This document shows, one piece after another, positions 12,910 to 25,153 of a stretch of DNA of 64,000 nucleotides. Numbering within the stretch: position 1 is the first letter of the stretch; each line of letters starts with the position of its first letter. A program made the position numbers and the translations under genes. The notes under the pieces are model-generated. The model did not search any database. It was not told the DNA's origin and worked only from the letters and a program-made list of their open reading frames with translations. The DNA comes from Adineta vaga (Eukaryota; Animalia; Rotifera). The stretch lies in the NCBI GenBank assembly GCA_021613535.1, contig CP075497.1:13020001-13084000 (forward strand), given 5' to 3'.

Positions 12910-14121
12910 CGGAAAAATCTAAGAAAATATTCAGCACTACGTTTGTTTATTTTATTGGTGATTAATATTCAAAATGGATTTGTTGTTCTTCTATGAAAAG
13001 ATAATTCGATTCGATAAAAGAATAAACAAATGGTAAGTTATAGAAAAATTTGGAACTTGTCCAATGTATGTATAAGTTTTCTTTTCTCTGTAAATCTAAA
13101 TGTACGCAACATAAAATAAAATCTTAGAAATTGATATTTTCATTATATTATAGTTAAAATCGTAATAAAATCCATAATTAATTATCATAAACAACACTAT
13201 ATCGATTATTAATAAGAGTAAATGAATAAAGATGAAGTGATTCAGTTGAATATAATAGTATCGATCGAATGGTTTTGTTTGATTATTATCGTCATCAAGT
13301 AAACATACAACCAAGAATGATATAATCATTTCCAGGCCAATACAATGGATCCCAATTTTCTTCAGCGATTCGAATAGTATTCGGTAAAACATCAATAATT
13401 ATAGTAACATGTTCATATAAGATTTCAATGCTTGAACGACTATAAAGAAGTAAAGATTCGTTTATTGGTGGATAAGAAGAACCATTTACATATTTTTTAA
13501 AAGAAAAAGGATATGAATTTACAGCTGATTGTTTAACATTAATGAGTAAATATTATCAAGAGAATAATAACTTTGAAGACTTCTGCTATCATATGACGAT
13601 GTGGGGTAACGTGATGGATGTGACTATGAGTTTAATTGCAGAAGAAATACTCTCACCATTCACACATTACCCATCTAATTCTTTTACACGTTCTAAACAA
13701 AAATAGTATGAAGAAACGAAATACAGATGAAACCTGAATAGAGGAAAAATGCCATGCGTCTGTTTTCTCTCTCTGTACACATATAATATCATAAACCAAC
13801 GTTAATACAAGTTTTATTACCAAGAAAATAAACATTTTATCACGTATTTTCTTTTTCTCAACATATGAAACGAGTAGTAAACATACTAAAGCAAAAATTA
13901 AATCAATAGATACATGGAAATAAACGAAAAACTGAATCACAAAGAGATAAATTTCACCAGCTGCCATAAAAAACGCGTTGAGATTTTTCCCACTATTAGT
14001 ATCATACTGATATAAATAACACTGCGGTATACATCTCCATATAGTCAAATTATCACCCTTCAAGTTACAATAGCAAACTATTTTGTACGAACCTTAAATT
14101 TAAGAATAAAATATAATTAGA

Positions 14122-16545
14122 ATGCAAAGCAATATGGATGATCTTAAGAATAAATTATCAACAATAACAATTCCATCTAATAATATTCGTTTTAGACGAC
14201 ATCCTATTCAAGGTTACATGTTGATTTGGCTTGATACAAAGATAGATAAATCAAATGACGATTTTAAAGATATTTTGGCACAATTGCAAAACATTGTTAA
14301 TATTGTCAATATGTTTACCGAAGTGGATCAATGTATAGATTTTCTCAATGAAATCAAAAGTATGAAAGCTTTCTTAATTGTAAACGGTAATATTGATGAA
14401 GAAACAGTATCTTTGATTCATGATCATCCTCAACTTCAAGCCATTTACATCCTGTGTGAAGCGATATCTTATCACGAAGAATGGACGAAACAATTGCCCA
14501 AAATTCAAGGTCTATATTCAGAAATACAATCTCTTTACGAGACATTACAGTTAATGGTGAAACAATATAATGCCGATTCTATTGCCATGAGTTTTGTTTC
14601 GGTAGATGAAGAAGTGTCTAATAAAAGTTTGAATCAACTGGAACCATCATTTATGTACACTCAAATATTTAAAGAAATTCTTCTCGAAATGAAACATGAA
14701 ACACATACTATTGATAATTTTGCTCTTTACTTGCGTGAACTCTACAAGAATAACATGATTCAACTAGGAATTATTGATGAATTTGAATGTGATTATCATT
14801 CAGAAAAGTCTATCTGGTGGTATACACGAACATCTTTTATCTATGAAACATTAAATCAAGCACTTCGTCATCTGGAAGGTGATACAATTATTAATATGGG
14901 TTTCTTCATTCATGATTTACATCACGAAATTGAAAAGTTACACAAAGAGCAGTTGAAAACTTATCATCAAGAACCATTCGTATTATATCGAGGACAAAGT
15001 TTACGTGTTTTTGACTTTAAAAAGTTTCAAAAATCGCAGGGTGGACTCATATCCTTCAACAATTTCTTATCTACTAGTAAAAATCGAGATATTTCTCTGC
15101 TTTTTGCTGAAAGTGCCTTGAATATATCTGATACAATTGGTGTTCTCTTTCAAATATACATTGATCCTTCTGTTACATCAACTCCATATGCTGATATTCG
15201 AACTAATAGTTATTTTGAAACAGAGGAAGAAATTCTCTTTTCCATGCATAGCGTATTTCGTATTGGTGAAATCAATAAACTCAATGAAAGCAATTTACTC
15301 TACCAAATCAATCTTCAATTGACAGCTGATGATGATGTACAACTCCGTACTCTTACTAAACGTATTCAAAAGGAAACAGAACATGAAAGAGGACTAGAAC
15401 GAATGGGTGTATTACTGTTAAGTATAGGTCAGTTTAATAAGGCCGAAGATTTTTATAATATTCTACTCGAACGAACATCTGATCAAAATACTAAAGCACA
15501 TTATTATAATCAACTTGGATATGTTAAAGATGAACAAGGTGATTATAAAAATGCCATTGAATATTACGAAAAAGCAATTGAAATCAGAGTAAAAACTTTG
15601 CCAGAAAATGCTTCTCTTTTGGCTACTTCTTACAATAACATCGGTGTTACATTTCGAAGTATGGAAGATTATTCAAAAGCGCTTTTATTTGCCAATAAAG
15701 CATTTGAAATTCGAGAAGAACTTTTTCCACCGAATCATCATGAGATAGCCCAATCTTACAACAATATTGGCACAATATATGAATCAAAAGGAGAATATTC
15801 GGAAGCGCTTTTATTTTACGAAAAAGCGCTGAAAATTCGAGAGGAAATCTTCCCTTCAAACCATCCTGAAATAGCTGCTTCTTACAACAACATTGCCGGA
15901 ATACATGAACTTAAAGGACAATATTCAAATGCACTTTTATATCAACAAAAAGCCTGTGAAATATTTGAGAAAACTCTGCCTACAGATCATCCTTCGTGTG
16001 CTATTTTTTATAACAATATCGGTGAATTGTATCGAAAAATGGAAGATTATTCGAAAGCACTTTTGTATCATCAAAAAGCGATGACAATTCGAAAAAAGAT
16101 TCTCTCTCCACATCATGCGGATATGGCTCAATCCTATAAAAATATTGCCATGGTGTATTCCGAATTGTCAGAGTTCTCAAATGCATTGTTATATCTCCAA
16201 CAGGCATGTAAAATCTTCGAAGAGAACTATACGAATTCTCTTCAATTATCTGTATGTTATAACAACTTTGGACAAATATATCGAAACATGAAAAGTTATT
16301 CCGAAGCACTTTCATTCTCTGAAAGAGCACTGACAATGTTCAATAAAACTAATTCTTCAAATCAAGTTATATTTGCTTCTATCTATAATAACATTGGTTT
16401 GGTATATTATGAAACAAATGAATATTCAAAAGCTCTCACCTATCTTACGCCTGCATTTGATATTTTTCAAAATTCATTATCTCCTACTAGTGATCGTCTA
16501 CAATGTTTGCAAAAAACTATTGAAATCATAAAAGGTAGTATATGA
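14122..16545 (+). CDS. Receiver-like domain + arginine-type ADP-ribosyltransferase + TPR repeats
   Basis: R-S-E ART motifs LYRGQ, FLSTS, ETEEEILF; C-terminal 42-aa TPR array. Confidence 0.9.
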   Translation: MQSNMDDLKNKLSTITIPSNNIRFRRHPIQGYMLIWLDTKIDKSNDDFKDILAQLQNIVNIVNMFTEVDQCIDFLNEIKSMKAFLIVNGNIDEETVSLIHDHPQLQAIYILCEAISYHEEWTKQLPKIQGLYSEIQSLYETLQLMVKQYNADSIAMSFVSVDEEVSNKSLNQLEPSFMYTQIFKEILLEMKHETHTIDNFALYLRELYKNNMIQLGIIDEFECDYHSEKSIWWYTRTSFIYETLNQALRHLEGDTIINMGFFIHDLHHEIEKLHKEQLKTYHQEPFVLYRGQSLRVFDFKKFQKSQGGLISFNNFLSTSKNRDISLLFAESALNISDTIGVLFQIYIDPSVTSTPYADIRTNSYFETEEEILFSMHSVFRIGEINKLNESNLLYQINLQLTADDDVQLRTLTKRIQKETEHERGLERMGVLLLSIGQFNKAEDFYNILLERTSDQNTKAHYYNQLGYVKDEQGDYKNAIEYYEKAIEIRVKTLPENASLLATSYNNIGVTFRSMEDYSKALLFANKAFEIREELFPPNHHEIAQSYNNIGTIYESKGEYSEALLFYEKALKIREEIFPSNHPEIAASYNNIAGIHELKGQYSNALLYQQKACEIFEKTLPTDHPSCAIFYNNIGELYRKMEDYSKALLYHQKAMTIRKKILSPHHADMAQSYKNIAMVYSELSEFSNALLYLQQACKIFEENYTNSLQLSVCYNNFGQIYRNMKSYSEALSFSERALTMFNKTNSSNQVIFASIYNNIGLVYYETNEYSKALTYLTPAFDIFQNSLSPTSDRLQCLQKTIEIIKGSI

Positions 16546-16619
16546 AATAAAGTTTCGTAAATAAAAAAATCGTAAATATAATTTACCTTTTAGTAATGCT
16601 TTAACTAATAGAAAAAAAA

Positions 16620-16670
16620 GGGTGTAAATATGGGTCTCTTGTATTCATCGTCACCAACACCCTCAAAGAT
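16620..16670. repeat. Degenerate telomere-repeat hairpin
   Basis: GGGTGTAAATATGGGT...CACCAACACCCTCAAAGAT between convergent ART-TPR genes. Confidence 0.6.
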
Positions 16671-16925
16671 AAAAGTTTCTTGCTAACCCAATAATTTTAT
16701 TTTAAATGACGCTCGAATGCAGATACAGACCAAAAAAGATTTACATGAAACGAGGAAACCTAATTATTTATTACTGGATATTAAAATATATTCAACGTTT
16801 GTTTCGAGATTATGTCAGACTTAGTTCGATTCATTTTCATTGGTGAAAAAGTGTCTTCGGTTGGGTCTGTCTACAGTTATTTGTTGCCACTAAATAACGC
16901 TTCCTTTCTATTTGTAAAACATTAT

Positions 16926-19853
16926 TCATATTTTTTTCTTTGCAAATTCAATGTTGTTCTCCAAAACCTTAATGTTATGATGATTTGCGGGCAGTGAGCA
17001 GCGTAAAATTTTGAGGGCGCACTCCAAAAATGGAAGTGCATTTGAGTAGGCGCCCATCTTTCCATACACTTCTCCAATGTTATTGTAAGATGCAGCCACA
17101 TCGGGATGATTTGAGGGAAGACTTTTTTGACAGATGGCAAGACTCTTTTCAAAATGGAAAAGTGCTTTGGAATATTCACCTATACTGATAAATACCGAGC
17201 CAATATTGTTGTAAGTAGTCATTAAATGAGGATGATTTTCAGGAAGACATTTTTGTCGAATTTCAAGCGATTTCTCATAATACGAAAGTGCTTTCGAGTA
17301 TTCTGCCATTTTGAAATACAACATGCCGATATTGTTATAAGACGTAGCCACATTGGAATGATTTGAAGCAAGGTTTTTTTGACAGATTTCGAGATCTTTT
17401 ATATAGAATTCAAGTGCTTTTTTATAATCAGTCATACTATCAAACACCAAACCAATGTTCACGTAAGAAGTAGCTAAATGTGGATGATTTTCAGGAAGAG
17501 CGTTTTGCCGAATCTGCAGGGCTTTGTAATAATACGAAAGTGCCTTCAAATATTCATTAGTTTTGAAATAAACTAAACCAATGCTAGTATATGAGGTAGC
17601 CAAATCAGGATGGTTTTCAGGGAGCGTTTGTTGTCGAATTTCTAGAGCTTTTTCGTAGTATGTTAGCGCTTTGCTATACTGTTCCGTATTGTAATATACA
17701 GTACTGATATTGCTGTACGAAGAAGCCAAATCAGGATGATTAGTAACAAGAGATTGTTGTTGAATTGTAAGAGCTTTTTCATAATACGAAAGTGCTTTCG
17801 CAGACTCATCCATATTATAATATATCATGCCAATATTGTTATATAAAGAAGCTAAATTAGGATGATTCGGAGGAAGCGATTGTTGTTGAATCTGAAGCGC
17901 TTTTTCGAGAAACGAACTTGATTTCGAGTAGTTACCCATACTGTTATATAGTAAGCCAATATTGTTATAGGATTGAGCTATGTTGGGATGATTACAAGGA
18001 AGCGTTTTTTGTCGAATTTCAAGTGCTCTTTCGTGAGAACTAAGTGCTCTAGGATAATCTTTCATGTTTTCACAAACTGAACCGATATTATTATATGAGA
18101 TAGCTAAAGCAGGGTGATTTACAGGTAGAGTTTGAAGTTGAATTTCAAGCGAGTTTTGGTAATACAATAGTGCTTTCGAATATTCACCCATTTGATTATA
18201 CAGCTCTCCGATGTTATTGTGAGATTTAGCTAACGCGGAGTGATTTTTAGGAAGTAATGTTTGTTGAATTTCAAGCGCTTTTTGATAAAAATTGAGTGCG
18301 TTTGAATAGTGACTCATGTTCTGATACACTTGTCCAACGTTGTTGTACAGACTAGCGAACCATGGATTAGTCACAGGAAGAGTCGTCTCAGTAGTTTCAA
18401 GCGCTTTTTTATAGAAAAAGATCGCCTGACTATAGTCGCCTTGAGCATTTTTGATCACGCCAAGCTCACAATATGTGTGTATCTTCTCAAAATCATCGGA
18501 TGTCTGACCAAGGAGCATCGTATAAACTTGTTGAGCCTTGTCAAATTCACCTAGTTTATGTAGCAAGATGCCCAGACGATGCCATCCTTTTAGGCCTAGA
18601 AATGTCTCCTCTCTCATTCGTTCGGTTAGAACATAAAGTGATTGATCATTGTCACTAGTCAGTGTAAGTTCAACTTTCCATAATCGATTTGTATTAGTGA
18701 GTTGTTGAATATTTCCAATACGAAAAACAGTGTGCATAGAGAATAGAATTTCTTTTTCTGAATTAAAACAGCTGATATTATCTAGAGATGCGAAAGGAGT
18801 CGGCACCAATGACGGATTAATAGTAATTTGAAATAGAATCCCTATAGAATGGACATCGGTTTGAATATTTTCAAGAAAATGAAGAGATACGTTTTGATCT
18901 AGACTTGTTGACAAGAAGTTATTGAACGACATCAGCCCACCATAAGTCTGTCTTATTTTATCGAATTCTGTCATACATAAGTTTTGACCGCGATAGACAA
19001 TAAATGGTTGTACATGATCGCAATTAAACTGTGTCGAATGTAGATATTTGATATGTTCATGAAGATCTCGAATAAAAAAGCCCATTTTAATAATTGTATC
19101 AATTTCCAATGTACGTAGAGCACGATTAAGCATGGAATATAGAAAACATGAAGAAGTATACCACCATATGGGCGAATATTGGTGATATTCTCTTTCAAAC
19201 TTAGCTATATCCTTTAACATGGCATGATTATCAGCGTATTGTTGACGACAGTACGTAAGAAATTCATTTATGTGTTCTTGATCAAAGTTGATAGTAAGTA
19301 GTATTTCTTTTAATAGTTGCGTATACATAAACGATTGATCAAGTTGATCCAAGTGTTTATTTGGCGTATCATTCGTTGAAGTAAAACTAAGTGAAATAGA
19401 ATTTTGATCACATTGTCGAACAGCTTGTTCGAGTGACTCGCAAATCTGAGTGATTTCGATAAAAACACCATTTATTTTAGACCAATCTTTTGCCCATTGT
19501 TGATGAATTGATTTATTTTCACAAAAAATATAAATTGAATCGATTTGTGATAAATTATGTATAAAGGGTAGAAGGCGTTGACCGAGTGAACCAGATATAA
19601 TCAAAAATATTTTTTCATGATTAATATCAGTAATGAAATCTATACATTCGTCAACGTTCGTAAATGTGTTAAGAATATTTACAAAACATTGTAATCGAAT
19701 GAATGAATTAAGAAAATCATTACTTGATTCATCGATGGCACAATCTAACCACACAAGCATAAAATTTTGAACAATATGCCGCTTTTTGTTTTCGCAATCA
19801 AGTTGTTTTGTTGAAAGGATATTTGTATCTATACAAGCGTCTAATAAAATCAT
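16926..19853 (-). CDS. Receiver-like domain + ADP-ribosyltransferase + TPR repeats
   Basis: VYRGQ, FLSTS, NSEKEILF; long array of 42-aa HPxLAxSYNNIG TPR units. Confidence 0.92.
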   Translation of the reverse strand: MILLDACIDTNILSTKQLDCENKKRHIVQNFMLVWLDCAIDESSNDFLNSFIRLQCFVNILNTFTNVDECIDFITDINHEKIFLIISGSLGQRLLPFIHNLSQIDSIYIFCENKSIHQQWAKDWSKINGVFIEITQICESLEQAVRQCDQNSISLSFTSTNDTPNKHLDQLDQSFMYTQLLKEILLTINFDQEHINEFLTYCRQQYADNHAMLKDIAKFEREYHQYSPIWWYTSSCFLYSMLNRALRTLEIDTIIKMGFFIRDLHEHIKYLHSTQFNCDHVQPFIVYRGQNLCMTEFDKIRQTYGGLMSFNNFLSTSLDQNVSLHFLENIQTDVHSIGILFQITINPSLVPTPFASLDNISCFNSEKEILFSMHTVFRIGNIQQLTNTNRLWKVELTLTSDNDQSLYVLTERMREETFLGLKGWHRLGILLHKLGEFDKAQQVYTMLLGQTSDDFEKIHTYCELGVIKNAQGDYSQAIFFYKKALETTETTLPVTNPWFASLYNNVGQVYQNMSHYSNALNFYQKALEIQQTLLPKNHSALAKSHNNIGELYNQMGEYSKALLYYQNSLEIQLQTLPVNHPALAISYNNIGSVCENMKDYPRALSSHERALEIRQKTLPCNHPNIAQSYNNIGLLYNSMGNYSKSSSFLEKALQIQQQSLPPNHPNLASLYNNIGMIYYNMDESAKALSYYEKALTIQQQSLVTNHPDLASSYSNISTVYYNTEQYSKALTYYEKALEIRQQTLPENHPDLATSYTSIGLVYFKTNEYLKALSYYYKALQIRQNALPENHPHLATSYVNIGLVFDSMTDYKKALEFYIKDLEICQKNLASNHSNVATSYNNIGMLYFKMAEYSKALSYYEKSLEIRQKCLPENHPHLMTTYNNIGSVFISIGEYSKALFHFEKSLAICQKSLPSNHPDVAASYNNIGEVYGKMGAYSNALPFLECALKILRCSLPANHHNIKVLENNIEFAKKKI

Positions 19854-19971
19854 TCACAATTAAATGGTATATAAAAGGCGATGTATTTACCTGAATTTTG
19901 TGTTTTACCTTTGGGTTTATGAAGAATGACTAAGGAAAACAACAAAATTTATTATTCAAATTAAAAATTTA

Positions 19972-21203
19972 TTAATTTTTACTTGGATGAATAAAATCTG
20001 ATAAACCAAAACTATCCCAATGAATAGTGCCATTTTTATCTGCTATGACACATGCAAGTCTTGGCGTATCCGATGTATGTTCAGCAGAATGAAGATCATG
20101 GACCGTAGTTGCGGGAAGTGAATAAAAAATTTTATCGTTTCTTTTAACAAATCGACTTGGAATAAGATCGCACATTCTTAATGGTAATCTAAATAGTAAA
20201 GATATAACATATCTTGTAATACACTACAATATAGTTATATACTTAAAAGTGCCATTTTTCATCAACATTGATCGCTCAATATCCAAATACAGTGGATTTA
20301 GAGGTTCAATATCTGTTCCATTATTGTCAGGTAAAAATCCTTTCAGTTTGTGCAAACGCCAAGTTATTTGACCATCATTCAGTTCTTCGAGAACAACAGC
20401 AATAAGAAGTTTGAATCGGTCTTGCTGTAAGAAGTGTGTTGGCAACTGGCAAGAACAAATTAATAGGTAGGATCCCGCTCCATTACTAACTGTTAAAAAC
20501 TTACTTTAATTTCAGGTAGAACACTCATATATCTCTCATCGTAATTATTTTTGACACCTTGTACACGTCTGACATAACTTCCTTTTGTGAATTTTCTTTT
20601 TCCTTCATCACAAATAATACTTTTTGAATAATGATCTTTTTCATATGGAATAACATCACGAACAAAGACTATATGTTTTACTGGCCGACAATCATCTTGT
20701 AAAGTCAACTGAATATCATCGGATAAATTCGAAGAATGATCAGGAAGCCAGGAATCCATATCATTATTGGTAGTACTGGATGTTTGATGATCCATTGGAG
20801 AAGTACTAATCGGACTTGTTACTGATTCATTGAATGACGATGGCATATCATCATCTATCAAGAAAAACAAACATTATTACCCGATGAAAACTTTTTTTAG
20901 TTGAAACTCACTCATTGTATCAAAATCGTCCTCTGTATCACTTGCTGTTGATAGTACAACTTTAGCTTGAAGTGTTTGTTGATGTGTTTGAGGTAACCTT
21001 TGACGAAGTTCTTTATCGTAATCATCATCAAAATCAACAAATAGTCGAATTTGTTCATCATAAATTTGAAGATTAAATGAATTTTCGATCAGATTAAAAT
21101 GAGCAGTAATTTGTTGAATAGTTTCGTTTAGAGACTTTTGCGGATGAACAGTTAGAGTATATACTCGATGAGCGAACATAACAATCAGATTATATGATGC
21201 CAT
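19972..21203 (-). CDS. Protein with N-terminal ubiquitin/PB1-like region and putative Rel-homology-like domain, 4 exons
   Basis: ORF pieces 20877, 20493, 20224 and 19972 are separated by short introns. Clear paralogy to the 22405 gene; domain call is by motif resemblance only. Confidence 0.6.
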
Positions 21204-21521
21204 ATCATAAGAATACAATTTTATCGTTTGTAATCGTCGATATTTTTCGAACTAAACATACAGATAAAAAAGAAATTATTGCAAATGTGAAGCATAAAAA
21301 CTACCAAAGCTAAGTAAAACATGTGCGATATTTCTTAACAAATCTGTTTTCTTTCTTTTTTATCCGTTCTGTTAATAAATAAATAAAAGAAGGTGTGTCA
21401 TATTTTTCCGACACTATGGTTGAAAAATTTGTACTCGTGAAAAAGAATTCATCTTTTACTTGTATTGGGCAGCTTTTCTTTGTTCGTTCTGTTGATTATG
21501 GTGAAATACAATAAGTGTAAA

Positions 21522-21880
21522 TCGAAATTTCCAACTTAAGCCGGAAGACCTTATCTTCGAAAAAATAAAAGGATACAGATGCTAAATTACAGGGAAGCAG
21601 ATTTCAAGAAAGTCATCGAAGGTAGGATTTTTCCATTTGAAATTCTTAGTCTTGTATGATCATAAGATGTTCCTGAAATCGAGTAGACAATATCAATGTG
21701 ACGATTGTGACGAGATCAAAAGGCTAAGTATTATTTTTTAGATTCGTTGGGAAAACAAAAATTTCCGACATGCTTTTCCTCTTAACTCTCTCAGTTTAAA
21801 ACTACTTCCATACATTTTGCTAATGAGAAAAGATGAAAACGATGATTCATGGGCATCCGGTCGGAAGTTGGAAATTTCGA
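21522..21880. promoter_or_regulatory. Perfect 16-bp inverted motif pair (kB/NFAT-like) in the divergent promoter region
   Basis: TCGAAATTTCCAACTT (21522-21537) and AAGTTGGAAATTTCGA (21865-21880). Confidence 0.5.
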
Positions 21881-22404
21881 ACTGAATGCAGATGCGTGAA
21901 TATAATCACATAACATGTGAAAACAATCGTATAATCATTTATGTAATATAGAAACTAATTCATTTGCGGAAATTGATTGGAATAATTGGACAAATCATTC
22001 ACTGATTCTTGTCTATATAACAAATGAATCATTATACAGTTGAAATAAGACAAAAATTGTACAAAAAATCGTGATCTCTAAAGATTCAATGTCAAATTGT
22101 TTATCGCGGCATAAGTCATTCTTCCTTTTCTACTATTGTAGATGAAAACCTATAACCATAGTTAGTCATGGTTTCATTCTAATCGCTAAAACACATTGGC
22201 AAGTATTTTCAAAATCTTAAATTATAATTTACTTGCAATGTTATTATTACCGTTCTATAGTTCTAACTATTTGGCGACAACATTAATCAAGAAAAAGCGA
22301 CGGAACATCATTTTTCAACGGTATCTGCAAACTACCAACACTTCAAAAAAAAGTAGTTTGCAGAGAATCTCGTAAAAACAAAGTGAATTCCTTGTACATT
22401 TACA

Positions 22405-24173
22405 ATGATGGAACCAGTTACTATATTAATTTATAAAAATGGAACTAGAAAAGCCAGAAAGAGGGTCAATTGGTTCAACGCTGACACTCTTATTGAAGGA
22501 TTCTATCAACGAATATCAGATGAAATGGGATTTAAATTATTTGAACTCAAAATCAATGATCCATATGGTGGTTTTGTTGATTTCGATAAGGGTTATCTGA
22601 AGAATTTTCGTCCATATGCTACTAATCTTCAAACAGAACATGTTGGGCCACAACCGACAACCTCGACTGTACCAACAATTGAGTTAAAAATTGTCAACAT
22701 ATCTGGTAAAAACTATTTACTTAAGTTGATAATTTTTATTTTTGTATACAAATAGATCATAAACATAATTCAACTGTAGAAAGCCAACGAAAATTAAGCA
22801 AGAAATCTTCGAATATTGCTTGCCAATTGTCGCTACGTATGACAATCACAAAATTGCTCGAATTATTTTGATAATTTTTATTACTTTGTAGCGGATTCGA
22901 TCGCTGAACAACCTGAGACTGAACGCGAATGCGTATCTTCACAAACACGTTCATCTTTCATATGCGCTCCCGATTCTATCTTGCTCGATAAGGATAAACA
23001 AGTCATGGAATTCAAAAATGATCTGAACGAAATTCAACGAGATCTATACAAAAGTGAGAAACCAGTTAGCATGCAAGCTGATAAAAGTAGATTGATAGGA
23101 AAAGCTGTGAATAAATCTGTTTTGCCAAAGTTGAAAGTGAGTCCATATGGTATTTGAAAACGTAAAATTTCACAAAGTCTCTATTCAAAAGATTAAGGAA
23201 GGTACAATTCCAGAGGAGGATAAATCCACTTACAATGTGGTCAGTTCTCTTGTACTTGAAGTCTGTGAAGATGGAAAGCGTACACTTTATCATCATCCAG
23301 AAAGAGAATTATCTGCTGAAAAGAATGAAAAATTAAATGAATCCGTTCCATCAGTTGGCGACATCAGATGTACTTTTTCTAGAAATGAAGCAAAACAGGG
23401 ACACGTTACTATTCCTTTCAACAATGAGATGAACAGTGTAGAAGGATACGAGTAACATAGTTATCTCACTTATCTTCTTGTTGATTTCACACTATTTACA
23501 GGATGAAATGGAAAGTAATAGTGATTCCTCATACGAAAATCTACACAAAACGTCATCCCGATCAGCAGAAGCACTTGTTTTGTTCGTTACAAAATCAGCA
23601 TCCTAAGGGTACGAACTATCAAACAACTCGATTGGCTGTTTTACTTGAACAGGACAGAAACTTGTTATGGGACCAACTTGTTCTATCAAAAGCCATTGTT
23701 TTCAGCAGTAAAACTTTCTCCATTGAATTTTTATTATCTTTCGTAATTTTGTTTCTCAGAATCCAAGGACAAAGTTATCTATATTATCATCAAGGATAAT
23801 GATGGTAGAATCATCGAACGAATACCCAAACTAGAAGAAACACCGAAAAGCGGTAAAACTTTAGTTGTCTTCATGTATTGTTGATTATAACACTTTGTGC
23901 TATTTATCATCAATAATAGGTACAAGTACTACAAAGAGCAAAAAATTCAAATCATCAAATACGGGAACAACAACTTTGGAAATTGATCAGCAAACATTAC
24001 CAGTAACAAAAATGAATATTAATTGTAATACAACCTTGTGCATATTACCATTGACAACGACCATGGATTGTATACAACAACAGCATGGTGACAATCAATT
24101 AGCTGAATCAATAGTACTCAATGTACCATCGATTGCTCTGACTTCGTCATCAATGGATTACTCGGTTTGTTGA
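22405..24173 (+). CDS. Paralog with ubiquitin/PB1-like N-terminus and putative Rel-homology-like domain, multi-exon (3' end uncertain)
   Basis: Spliced reading ...FKNDLNEIQRDLYKSE...RLIG...SVLPKLK|...LVLEV...YHHP...TRLAVLL...LSKAI; GT-AG introns keep the frame. Confidence 0.6.
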
Positions 24174-24988
24174 TTTAATCTTAATCATGTATGATACTCA
24201 GCTATTAAATTTCAAAAATGAATATTTCCTAACTGTTGAGCTATGTAACGATAAAACCTAAGTGCAATTATTGATTTTCTCCGTTGATAGTTTCACATTA
24301 TAAACATTTCCTTCTAATGCTTCTATTTGCCGTCTAGTTATACGCTACCCTCATCCACACATCCTGACAAGCTTCTAAAATTATCTTATTCCTATTAGAT
24401 GAACTATAACACCTATTTTATGCTTTTCAACAAGGAATAAACTAATAGAGTAATTAATACATGAAACATCTCTTTCATACAAGTTGTATACATAGGGAAT
24501 GGTGATAGCAGACCCAGAGTATGTTTTCAATTGGTCGGATACGCAAACTTCACAAACTGATCATCTTCACAATTGCTCACAACGAATGTTGCAAGATAAT
24601 GTATGCGAAGCTGAATATACGCCTACCATTAATATTTTACCACAGGTGCGTTGATTTATATTAAACAGGAAAATATAACTAATTGCACCGACTATAAATA
24701 CAGTTATAATATAGAATGTTGAGGCATTCTAACATTATTCGAGTAATATTAATCAAGAAAGATAAAATATGGTGATAATAAACAAAATCAAAAGCTAACA
24801 TTAACCTTTTTATTATATTTTTAAAATATGACTGATTAAAATCAGGTTCTTTTATAATTAATAAATTGAAATCCTTTTCAAAATATCGACAGTTCATATT
24901 AATTATCATCAATTTGTTCCCATATACAAATGATTTAAGTTCATAGTCAGACGGGTTAATTAGAGCTGTGAGCGACAGAACTACAGTA

Positions 24989-25047
24989 TTGAGGGTGGGT
25001 GAGGGTGAAGAAATCATAATACTCACACCCACACCCACTTGCAAGAT
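24989..25047. repeat. Telomere-repeat hairpin element
   Basis: TTGAGGGTGGGTGAGGGTGA...TCACACCCACACCCACTTGCAAGAT. Confidence 0.8.
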
Positions 25048-25153
25048 GGTTTTTCTTCAAAGATTAATTTTATGTTAAAATTAGAAATGATATCGTTAAA
25101 AAGAGAGAGGATATTGAAGAAGAATGACATGACTGTCAATTCGACCCAATAGA

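Noticed and set aside
14354-19198. Short overlapping or antisense ORFs within the ART-TPR genes
   Set aside because: Shadow frames of long coding sequences, with no motifs.
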